From the NCBI GenBank assembly GCA_001179505.1, contig CDMY01000281.1, positions 62,001 through 126,000 on the forward strand: a stretch of DNA of 64,000 nt, given 5' to 3'. Below the pieces are notes generated by a model that was given only the letters and a program-made list of their open reading frames with translations, made no database searches and was not told the origin of the DNA. Shown piece after piece: positions 25,976 to 36,681 of the stretch. The position numbers and the translations under genes are program-made. Within the stretch, counting starts at the first letter, position 1. Every line of letters starts with the position of its first letter. The DNA is from Vitrella brassicaformis CCMP3155. Taxonomy: Eukaryota; Protista; Chromerida.

Positions 25976-28900
25976 ATGTCAGGAGCCCTGACCCAAGACC
26001 TCGTTCGTGTCCTACAAGGCCTCCGCCGGGTGGCAGGAGTGGTCGTCGAGTCGCCCGCACTGACCGCCCCGCAGTGGCGCAGATTCGACCCCTCACGCTT
26101 GAACGGCGACGCCCAGCTCAAGGCAGATGAGTCGGCCCATGAGTCAGCGGGGTCCGAAGAGGCGGCCTTCACGGCAGCGGGCTACGTGCAGATGGCCGAG
26201 TCGTTCAACCCATCACTGGCACGGCAGCTGCGGCGGCGGGAGCCGCCTGCACACGCCATTAGCTATGTGCAGCACCATGAGGAGGAGCACTACGGCGCCG
26301 CCAGCGATGAGCGGTGGGTGGACGACGGTGGCCCGGCTGTGAGAGTGGAGGAGTATCATGATCATGGTGTGGAGTTCGAGCCCATCCCGTCAGCTGCTGC
26401 GGATCATCATCTTTCTGACGAGCCGGCGTCGGGGGTGCGGACAGACAGCGCGGACAACAATGGGCATGAGGTGCCTGAGGCGGCCGCGTACTCGTCCTTC
26501 TCTGTCCCGCTACAAGCGTCACGCCGCGCCGATCTATCGGCAGTATCATCAACACCGGCAGCGGCAGCGTCATCGCGGCCGCCGTCGTCAAGTGATGTGT
26601 CGAGCCACCACCATGACGTTGATGCGTTCGTCAACGAGGGCGGCTCGTCGACGTCAGCCTCATCGTCTGCTGTGGCCGCTGGCCACCCCCGTGTGTATGA
26701 GAGCAGCCCGGCCCCGGCAGGCTTTGAGCCGCGAGAGATCGCCGTCCCTTCGCACCCCATGTCGCGCGTCATGCACTTTGGCGGCCTCTTCATGGGTTTG
26801 GCTGCCGGCACCCTGGCCGAGTCTGTCCGGCGAGTCTCTCGGGTGAGTGAGTGACTGAGTCAATGCCCACAGACAGCCAGAAGACGCCAGCTGTGGATGT
26901 TGCGGTGGTTAGGGTGAGGACACAGGCGACCTGCGGTCCCGCGTGTTGAGCCCGCAGAACGCCGAGAGGATATCTCTGACGCTGGCCAAGATGAGAGGCG
27001 CGGCACTCAAGCTGGGCCAGATGCTCAGGTAGGGACACAGGCACATGGGCACAGACAGACACACAGGTCGATGGAGAGAGAGAGAGTGGCCCACAGTGGT
27101 GTGTATGTGTGTGTGTGTGTGTGTGTGTGTCTCTGGTTGGTGTCAGTCTGCAGGAGGAGTATCTGCCTCCCATCCTCAGAGATGCCGTGCAGAGGGCCCG
27201 GTGAGGGAGGGAGGGAGGGAGTGAGTGAATGCCTTCCTGCCTGCCTGCCAGCTGTGCGGATGGGTGGTGGCTGTGTGCTCGTGTGGTGGTGATTCCTCTG
27301 TCCGCAGGAACTCAGCCGACATTATGCCCAAGAAGCAGCTGCATGGGGTGTGGTGATGGAGAGAGGGAGGGAGAGGCAAGGGGCAACACACAGGCGCACA
27401 CACCACTCGTCTGTGTGGGTCTGCAGGTGATGGAGAAGGAGCTGGGTCGCCACTGGCGCTCCAAGTTTGCGAGGTTCAACGAGATCCCCATTGCTGCCGC
27501 ATCCATCGGACAGGTCAGTCAGAGATCCATATCATCCCAGACAGACCTGTCTGACACATCCCATCCCACTCACAAGACGGAGCAAGGCAAGCAGCACCAG
27601 TAGATGTGTGTGTGTGTGAATGTGTGTGTCAGGTTCACGAGGCTTGGCTCCACGATGGGACGAGGGTTGCAGTGAAGGTGCAATACCCGGGTATGCACGG
27701 ATGCGTGGAGGACGGCTACCTGGCCCCATTCACGTCTTTTGTCAATGTGTGTGTGCGTGCGTGTGTGTGTGTGTGTGTGCCTTGGGGCAGGCGTCGATCG
27801 GTCCATCGAGAGCGACCTCAAAAACCTCCTCAGCCTGGTCAGTCTAGCTAAGTACATCACCCCGCATCCATCCATCCTTCCAGCTCTTCCTCCCTCCATT
27901 CACTCACTCTATCTTTGGTGTGTCCATCCAATTTGTGTGCCTATCGTGTAGGTGACCTACACCAATTTGGTGCCCAAGAGCATGTACCTGGACGTCTTGG
28001 CTCGCGAGATGAAGACCGAGCTGCTGGCCGAGTGCAACTACGAGAACGAGGCGGGGTTCTACTCCATCTTCAGGTCGGTCGGTCGCCCGCCCGGCCGGTG
28101 CCTGCACTGCACTCACGGGGTGTCCTGTGTGTCTCCTGTGTGGTGTCCAGGAAGCTGTTTTCTGGCCGTGGGGGGCTGTACGTGCCAGAGGTGATCCACG
28201 AGCTCTCGACGAGACATGTCCTCACCACCGAATTTGTCACCGGGGTCAGTCAGTATGCTCTGATATACATGACGTCCCACAGGCGGCCGACCGGTCGGTC
28301 TTTGGTGTGTGTCCTATATGCGTCATGCGTCATCTGTGCAGATCTCTCTGGACGAGGTGGTGACCACGATGGACCAGGCGACGCGCGACTCGATTGCCAA
28401 GCGGCTGCTGCACCTCTGCCTGCACGAGCTCTTCATCTACAAGATCATGCAAACGGTAGGCAGGTCACAACACAACACGACAGACACACCAGACAGACAC
28501 ACTGTGTATGTGTGTGTGGGTGTGTGTGGGTGTGTGAAGGACCCCAATCCCGCCAATTTTTTCTACCGAGTAGAGGACGACACTCTGTGCCTCATCGACT
28601 TCGGGGCCGGTGAGTGAGTGCACTCAGCCACACAGACAGACAGACAGACAGACAGCACAGGCGTAGACGCCTCACCGCACACACACCACACCCATTGTGT
28701 GTGGGGGGGTTGCCCTATCATATTATCAGGTCGTGCTTACCATCCCAAGTTTGTGGACGACTACATCCACGTGGTGCATGCGGCCGCCAGGAACGACTAC
28801 AACCGAGTGGTGCACTACTCCAAGGAACTCGGCTTCCTCAACGGTCGGTCAGCCGCCGTGCTGCATGCACATACACACACGTGTGGGAGGTGATGTGTGG

Positions 28901-29526
28901 CCGTGTGTCGTGTGGCGTGTGTCGTGTGGTGTGTCTGCAGGCAGTGAGTCGCGCATAATGCTCGACGCCCATGTGCGGTCCGTCGTGGCCGTCGGTGAGA
29001 CACACACACACACACAGACACACAGACACCCACGAGCTCACTGAACCGCCGGACTCCGACACTCAGGTGAGCCGTTCTCCGCTGAGGGGATGTTCGACTT
29101 TGCGAGCACCAACATCGTCAACAAGGCAAGCCTGTCTGTCCACACACCACACACATATTGGCTGTCTGGTCTATATCTCTGATGTGCGTCTGTGCGTCCG
29201 TCCGTCCGTGTGTGTCCGTGTTTGTGTGTGTGTGTGCGTGTGTGTGTGCAGGTCTATGAGTTGAGTCCGGTGATGCTTGAGCATCGGCAGAAGCCGCCGC
29301 CCCCCGAGGTCTACTCGCTGCACCGCAAGCTGGCCGGCTGCTACCTCCTCTGCATCAAACTCAAGGCACATGTGCCGGCCAAAGAGGTGCGGGCCCCTCA
29401 CACACACACACACACACGCCGCCGCCCCCCGAGTCTCTCCATCCTTTGCTGGTGTGTGTGCAGATGTTTGACGATGTGTATGCCCGCTATGAGTTCAGCG
29501 GCCCAGACACGTACCAGGGGGTCTAG
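25976..29526 (+). CDS. COQ8: COQ8/ADCK3 (ABC1/UbiB family) atypical kinase, mitochondrial
   Basis: MRGAALKLGQMLS, IAAASIGQVH, VAVKVQYPGVDRSIESD, ECNYENEA, VLTTEFV, MQTDPNPANF, LIDFGA, PPPEVYSLHRKLAG. Confidence 0.95.
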
Positions 29527-30035
29527 CTAGCTCGGCCCCCCTCGCACACAGCCTCTCCTGTCGGTCTTTTGCGTGTTCTGATTATGATGGTGGGTGGATG
29601 GATGGATGGATTCATGTGTGTCGAGTATACTGCAGCAAGCGACCTGACCGCGTGTGTCAACTCACTCGGTTGGCCGGTTTTGTCCAATGGGCTATCTCCT
29701 GGCTGTCTTGTCTGCCTGTGTGTTTGTCGCCGACAGTAGGTGCTGTTTGTCGTAAGGAGTCATGACTGACGCCCGAAGGGCTTTTCCTTTCTATCTTTGT
29801 CGTAAGGACAGATCGATGGGGAGTGTTTGTGAGTGTGTAGCATGCCTTCCTTCATGTGGACAGGGGATTGCATTGTGCATTCACCGACAAGTGAGAGATA
29901 GACCGCCGACTGACTCACCAGACACGTCAGTCAACGCATCAAGTCACTCATCGCGGCCAAAACAGCCACTCTCTCGTCCGTCGTTAACAGACCCCTCCCT
30001 CCCTCCCCCTCTCCCTTGCTGCACGCCCTCCCTCA

Positions 30036-31332
30036 CTATATCTCATCAACGGCCTCCAGGAACATCTCCCTCAGTGTGTAGAGCCTCTCGATGGCCCGCC
30101 TTTCGGCTGCGGTGAGGTCCTTATGCCAGAAGTCGATGTGCAGCACGTGCCTCTCGTCGTCTGTGGGGTTGAATGTCTCGTGCTGAAAGGTCGTGTCATA
30201 AACCAAGGCCCTCCCCGGCTGCCAGTGCCGCTTCTCCGCACCCACACGTATCCACGCAGGATAATGGCCGCCGTCCTCGCTCGTCGGCACGAGCACACCA
30301 AGCTGCAGCGACACACACATACACACACACACACAGACAGTGTGGTGTGCATGGCGTGGAGTGGCACTCTGAGCTTCTCGCTGGACCTGGGTGGTCAGCA
30401 TGAGGTTGTTGCCGTCGACGTGTAATGGGATCCCTGAGTGCGGTTTCTGCCGGTTGAAGCCAACGCATATGCGCTGGGCGACGGGGATGCTCTCCAGGAG
30501 GCGGGCCAGGGTGGGGCACAGGTACAAGGGGAAGCCGTCGACAGGGCGGCCGTTGCGCCACAGCTGTAAAGAAGACCACCCACTGCAGCAAAACGAACCA
30601 ACGAACGAACAACACACCGCCTGAAGTGAGTAAGTTGAGCGACGGTCGGTCCCATTGTCGACCTTTCATAGTTGATGCCTGTGACGCTGTCGTGCCTCTG
30701 CCCGGCCTCAAGGAGAGCGAGGTACTCCTCCCTGATTTTGGGATAAGCGCTCTCCAGCTCTTTGATCCATGGGAACTCGTCAGCCTCCCAGAAGGGCTGT
30801 GCCGTCAGGCCAGGGAAGTACGAGTGCATCTTGCCCCTGTAGGGCTCCACATACACATCCTTCGGCACCTCCCTGAGACCCCTCTGCACACACACACACG
30901 CACACACACACACATACATGCGCCCTTCTGTTGGCCACGTGTGTGTCATTCCATTCTTGCCTGCATCTCCACAAACAGTCTGAATCGCTTCAGCTCTTTG
31001 GCCGCAAACTCCAGTGCCAGTGCCTTGTCCATAAAAGACCAGAACTGGTCCTCTATCGCATCATTGTCCCCTTCAAGCAGCAGGGCGCTCTTGGTGCGCT
31101 TGATGGCCTTCCTCATCAGCGAGTCGATCTGGTTGTCCACCGAGGCCGGGCTGGGAGCGACAGGCACGCCGAAACCGACAGATCTCATCCTCAGCTGATG
31201 CAGCCGGAGATGGACTTGAAGAGAGCGTTGTTGATCCATCCGGGTGACAGATGCGGGCCATTTGCGCAGCAGGAAGCCTTTGCATTGCCTGAATGCAGCG
31301 ATGCCCAGCAGGAGCGCCAAAAACAACAGCAT
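30036..31332 (-). CDS. Aspartyl/asparaginyl beta-hydroxylase-family Fe(II)/2-oxoglutarate dioxygenase with bipartite targeting presequence
   Basis: FPGLTAQPFW, LESAYPKIREE, GW..LQL, IPLHVD (HxD), RVG.EKRHW..G.ALVYDTTFQHE (distal His), R.VLHIDFWH. N-terminus is MLLFLALLLGIAAFRQCKG|FLLRK. Confidence 0.85.
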
Positions 31333-31463
31333 TTTGTTCGACCGGCGAGCTTTTGAATCCGTTGACCGTTTGGTCCAAGCCAAATACGTAAGTCGTAAGT
31401 CTAGGCATGAGTTCATCGGTGGTCCTGTCATCTTATGCCGGTGTGTTTTGTGCAGGTGCCACA

Positions 31464-33057
31464 ATGTCCACGGCCAAGACGCTTTCGGTTCCCGATGGCA
31501 CCTCGGGCAACGAGCGCCTCTCCGCCTCCTCCCCCCCACCCCCCAGGCCGCTGCCCAGCCCCTCAGCAAACGTACACACAGGGGGGACCCCTAGAATGAA
31601 AGAAAACACCTTTTTGATTCATTCGCGCATGTGGTTTCTGCGCAGGAACGGTCCAAGAGTGCGGCCCCTCGTCCAAGTCTGGCGCGGACGGCCAAGAGCA
31701 AGCAGACCAAGAGCTGCACCTCTTTGAATGAGGCCTATGACAACTTTCGATGGCCGCTGCCAAAGATGTTTGGGTGAGGAGGGAGGAAAAAGACGTCGGC
31801 GGGGTATGTGTGGACGTCTGTCTGTCTGTCTGTCTTGTTTGGTGTCGTGCCAACAGGGAGGAGACGTACGCTTACACTGAGATCGAAATCCACGACCCTC
31901 GGGTGAGAACGTGGGTCGGAAAGCCTCTCGAAGGGGCAGTACATTTCGCAATATGTGTGTGTGTGTGTGTGCCTTGCATGCCACGAATGCACCTATCTAT
32001 GGTTTTTCAGTATAGCGACGAGCTGAAGCAGATGAATCGTGACCTCAAGGACGCGTTAGAGAAGGAGCAGATGGTAGAGAAGCAGTGGCGGATGTGCTAC
32101 GCCGGCCTCACCAAGGCAGAACACAGACGCAAGGTTGGTATGCCCAAAGACGCACACACACGCAAGAGACACCTCTGCCCTGTCCGTGGATCGTCGATGT
32201 CCTATCGATGTCGCCAGACACTGTCTGCTTCTGCGCCTGACAAGACCAAGTCCAAATTCGGTGAGGCCGGGAAACGAGGCCCTCACACAAGGAACACACC
32301 GGTAATGCACATTTGTGTCTCGGTCAGACCGCGTCGTGGAGGAGTTCCGCGTGCAGCTCGTCAAGCTGCAGGTGAGTGAGTGAGTGAGTGAGTGAGTCCG
32401 ACATGCGTTCAAGCCAGGCTTGCGCACATTCGTCTGGCTGTGCTGTCGTGTTTGTATCTGTTACTGTGTGTGTTGGCTGTTTGGTTGTGTCAGGAGGACC
32501 GTGACAAGTGCAAGCAGTACATAGCGGAGATCTACGCCCGCATCGATGTCATCAACAAGGTAGGCAGAGGTAATGATATTGGGTGGGTGAGAGGGAGGGC
32601 CCCGCCTAGACACTCACTTGATGCTGGCTGTGTGTGCCGTGTGTGCCGTGTGTGCTTTGCTTGCAGGAGATAAACAAGGAGAAGGCGCTGGAAGACATGC
32701 AGCGGGTAAAGAGACAGAGAACGGGAAAGAGACACTGACTGAAAACCGACGACCAAAGGCGTCCCCATGCCTGTTTCATGGCTGTGCTCAGGAGTGTGCT
32801 GAGAAGCTGATGCAGAAGAGTGGAGGCCAACACATGTATGTGTGTACGCAACGAGACACCAACGTCCAGCCAGCCAGAGACATGCTGTCCATGCTGTCTG
32901 CAGTCAGCAGCCGTTCCGTGTGGGTCAGCACTCGCTGTATCTTGGAGAAACTCTCAAGAAGCACGGCCACCTTGCCCCTGGCGGGCCCACCAAGCTGTCA
33001 GCGGGGGACACGAGAGAAGTGGACGACGAAGAGGCCTACGATGCTCTCGGTCGGTGA
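31464..33057 (+). CDS. Hypothetical coiled-coil protein, multi-exon
   Basis: Short exons with canonical splice sites: YSDELKQMNRDLKDALEKEQMVEKQW, DRVVEEFRVQLVKLQ, EDRDKCKQYIAEIYARIDVINK, EINKEKALEDMQR. The 3' end is uncertain. Confidence 0.6.
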
Positions 33058-34780
33058 GCATACACCACCCAGAACCCTTCCCTAGTGCAAAATTAACGTT
33101 ATGTGCCTTTTCTCTCGCTTGTCTGTTTCGGCTTGGCTGATAAGGAGACCTTCCTAGTCCGGAGGAGCTCTCCAAGAGCAGCGGGCAACGGCAGCTTGTG
33201 TAGCTAGCGGGAGGGCAAGGAGGGGGATGGAAGCTTGTTGTTGATATGATCCTTGGGTGGATGATCGTTTGTTCGTTGTTCTGCACTGCCTTGCATACGT
33301 GGCGGAGAGGTGTGTGGTGTGGTTTGCTGAATGCAGTCGTGGCAGCGAGGAGAGAGGGGGGTCGACGGGCATGGATGGATGGATGCGGGGGATGACATTC
33401 ACGGCACACAATGAGACCTGAGACGCATGAGGGTGGAGGGGACTGAGGGGAGAAGGGAGAGGGCTCTTTGACTGAGCTGAGTCTTTTTCTATCTAATCGT
33501 CGATGGCGTATCGGTGGCAGCACACACATGCCGCCAGTCTGTCGTGTTCAGCTGAACATGTAGCGGCACGCGGTAGAAAAAGAAAAAAGTCTCTCCTCTC
33601 GGCCGACGCATTTTCTCTCTCCGGTACCGACACTCTTTCTCCACTCTCGACCGGGGTAACCATACACCACACCGAAACGAAAAAGAAAGAGACACTTCTC
33701 TAACAGCCGTAGCCGACACACAGGTAGAGGTGTGTCAACGTGCGGTTACACACCATATCACACACCTGGAGGTGGCGTGTGTGGGTGTGGCAGAACTCGC
33801 CGTCAATCTTCAAACAGACAGAGACACACACGATAGGGACAGTATGTCCTGTGTAGTGGCTCCATGTTAGTGACCTAGAGTTTTCCCTTGAAGTGCCATG
33901 TGACCTGGGCGGTCCGAGAACCCGACACCCCGTACTTGAAGTTCCCGGAACGCGGCCCAGTGAATGTCTGGTTCAGGCGCCGGCCGGTGCCTGTCTCAAC
34001 TTCAACGTCGAGCTGTCAGCATGCGAATCAGAAACAGACAGAAATGTTGGAGAAAACACAGGACAAATACCTGGCCGTTGGCAAAGCACATTGTCCTGGT
34101 CTTGCCATTCAATTTGTCCTTGAAGGAGTAGGTGTCTCCATCGCATGGCTTCTCCTGCTCCTCCTCAGACGAGCGGGGCTCCTTGATGCACTTGCCCGTG
34201 CCCACTGGTGGGAGCCAGTCGATATCCGAGGACACCTTGTCGGCATTCGGCCAGGACACCTTCTCGACAGCGCACACCTTGGGCGCCTCGCACCCCTTGG
34301 CGTAACTAGGGACCCACACAACATCCCACCTCGCGAGGTCTTTCTCTGACCAAATGAAATAGAGCAGTGGAGACAAGACTTTGTGGGGATGCCGATGAGC
34401 CCTCACTCAAGTCGGTCCACTTCTCCTCTTTCCCAGCCTTGAAGAACACCGAGCAGGATGAGAAGAACAATGAGTCCCAGAATGGGCCTGTGCACATCGG
34501 ACACAATGTCATGATGGCATTGCATCCAGTGCCACTCGCAGCTATGCCGCGCCTCGCCCACCGTCATGTGCCTGGAAGAACGCTGCAGCCGTGCCGCTCT
34601 GCGGCTGTCCAAGGTCTGCAATCAGAGCCATGAAGAACGTCATGGTGGGTGGGCTGAGCTCAAATCGAGTCGTACAAGTGTGCAGTGAGCTGACAACGAA
34701 CCATTGCAGTCGGGCCCTTGCAGAGCGCATCCCTCTCCAGTGATCACGTCAGCAGCGGAGAGCCGAGCAAGGAGCAGGAA

Positions 34781-35294
34781 CACTACCCGACAAGGTGCGG
34801 CGAAAAGCTGGAGTTCCGGCCGGAAAGCTGAGAGGAGGCGGGGAAAGCTAGCTAGGCCCACAGAAGGCCAGCTAAGCCCGCGGAAAGCCAGCCAGCCACC
34901 CGGAAAGCTGGCCAGACCACCCAGAAAGCTGGCCTTCCGGGCCTCCCTGCCAGCTTTCCAGCCGGAAAGCTGGCCTGTCCAGCTTTCCAGCCGGAAAGCT
35001 GGCTTTGCCGACCTCCCTGCCAGCTTGCCAGCCGGACAGCTGGCTGTCCCGCCCTCCTGTGTGCTCAGAGGGCGGAAAGCTGGCCTTCTACACTGATGCG
35101 AAGGCCTCCACGGACAGCCCTGCGACTCTCTCCATGAATCATTGACTGTCAGTGAATGAATGCCATGCATTGGCTCCACCGGTCCCACACACTCACACAC
35201 ACACGCCGAACCCATCAATGAATGAACGAATGGATGGATGGACGGCACCAACACTCAACCACACTGATATCTCACTCACTCAATCACTCACTCA
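34781..35294 (+). repeat. Left inverted arm (514 bp)
   Basis: Reverse complement of 36086-36570 apart from a few substitutions and one extra 29-bp unit (514 minus 485 = 29). Confidence 0.95.
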
Positions 35295-35372
35295 ATCACT
35301 TGCTGCCATCCACCCACCCATCCACCCTCCCACTCACGTGTGGTGCACTCTCTCTCACACACAGACCGAAGG

Positions 35373-35407
<35 letters not shown>

Positions 35408-36085
35408 GGGCAGCGCTATGTCCTCTGCAGGTTGTGACCGAGCGTTGCTTCACGCCCGTCATGAGGCAGTCACCCTTCAAGGAGGCCATCGCAGCAGGGC
35501 TGAAGGCCAGGCCGAAGCGCACCATCGAGCTGCTAGAGACCCACCTCTCCGGCCTCGTCGAAAACAACGCCAAAGAATGGAAACAGTGCATGGAAGCGGT
35601 GAGTGTCCATGCAGAACAACACACCACGGCGGGCAGGACAGCTAACAACACGTCACCGATTGCTTTTGTCGTTGTGTGTTATAGGTGTATGTGTCGAGGT
35701 CCTGCACGGCTACCTCGATGACCGCGGCCTGCAGTCCTGTGGATTCTACAGCAACCCGCGTGCGTTCCAAAAGCCGCCGGTAGACCCGCTGATTTCTTCT
35801 GCTGTCATCAGGCAAACCTGTGACACACGACACACAGAGAGACATCGTATCAGGATCGGTGAGAGTCAGTGAGAAGGAGACACACATCGGTTGCTGTGTG
35901 TCTCAGTGTCTCTGTATGTGAGTCGGGTGTGTACTGTCGTGTGTGTCGAATGCACACGGCGGGCGGGGCAATGGGCCGGCGGGCGGCACCATCATCACAC
36001 CAGGACCTAAGGGAGACACACACACACACGAGCCCAGTGGAGACAGCAGCATGACTCCCTCTCGACTCAATCGCTAGTGAGTGAG

Positions 36086-36570
36086 TGAGCGAGTGATTGA
36101 GTGAGTGAGATATCAGTGTGGTTGAGTGTTGGTGCCGTCCATCCATCCATTCGTTCATTCATTGATGGGTTCGGCGTGTGTGTGTGAGTGTGTGGGACCG
36201 GTGAAGCCAATGCATGGCATTCATTCACTGACAGTCAATGATTCATGGAGAGAGTCGCAGGGCTGTCCGTGGAGGCCTTCGCATCAGTGTAGAAGGCCAG
36301 CTTTCCGCCCTCTGAGCACACAGGAGGGCGGGACAGCCAGCTGTCCGGCTGGCAAGCTGGCAGGGAGGTCGGGAAAGCCAGCTTTCCAGCCGGAAAGCTG
36401 GCAGGGAGGCCCGGAAGGCCAGCTTTCCGGGTGGTCTGGCCAGCTTTCCGGGTGGCTGGCTGGCTTTCCGCGGGCTTAGCTAGCCTTCTGTGGGCCTAGC
36501 TAGCTTTCCCCGCCTCCTCTCAGCTTTCCGGCCGGAACTCCAGCTTTTCGCCGCACCTTGTCGGGTAGTG
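36086..36570 (-). repeat. Right inverted arm (485 bp)
   Basis: Aligned by eye to the left arm. Confidence 0.95.
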
Positions 36571-36681
36571 AAGAAGAGACCGAGACACCAGCGGGCACCA
36601 TCTTTCTCGTCTTGCAACTTCTGCCACACGATCATCTGAAAGGTTTTACGCACAGAAGCCCACATCTTACCTAACACCGCA

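Larger units (their letters stand above)
34781..36570. mobile_element. Non-autonomous CACTA (En/Spm, CMC superfamily)-type DNA transposon, 1,790 bp, with internal gene fragments
   Basis: Begins CACTACCCGACAAGGTGCGGCGAAAAGCTGG and ends with its reverse complement ...TCGGGTAGTG. AA flanks both ends (34779-34780 and 36571-36572). Inverted arms are 34781-35294 and 36086-36570, with subterminal GGAAAGCTGG arrays. No transposase ORF. Confidence 0.9.
33875..36635 (-). pseudogene. Cys-rich secreted-type protein gene interrupted by the CACTA element and carrying an in-frame TGA
   Basis: Removing 34781-36570 plus one AA copy gives ...DGARWCLGLFFLLLARLSAA|DVITGEGCALQGPDCNG. Downstream exons (CNAIMTLCPMCTGPFW...KWTDL-KKDLARWDVVWVPSYAKGCEAPKVC...MCFANGQ-LDVEVETG...TWHFKGKL*) join in phase. 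TGA at 34564-34566 lies in that frame. The start codon is uncertain. Confidence 0.6.

Noticed and set aside
34564-34566. Selenocysteine readthrough of the TGA
   Set aside because: No redox motif context and no SECIS-like hairpin that I could identify. The gene is also transposon-disrupted.
34801-35090. Regularly spaced repeats as a CRISPR array
   Set aside because: The units are ~10-bp motifs at a 20-bp period with no 30-40-bp unique spacers. They occur in mirrored arms, the context is eukaryotic, and there are no cas genes.
34640-35254. 204-aa ORF and similar ORFs across the arms as a transposase
   Set aside because: These are translations of the repeat array (repeated SWP/GQL/KAG patterns) with no DDE or TnpD motifs.
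34778-36573. 3-bp plant-type TSD
   Set aside because: The flanks are GAA and AAG; only the 2-bp AA matches.
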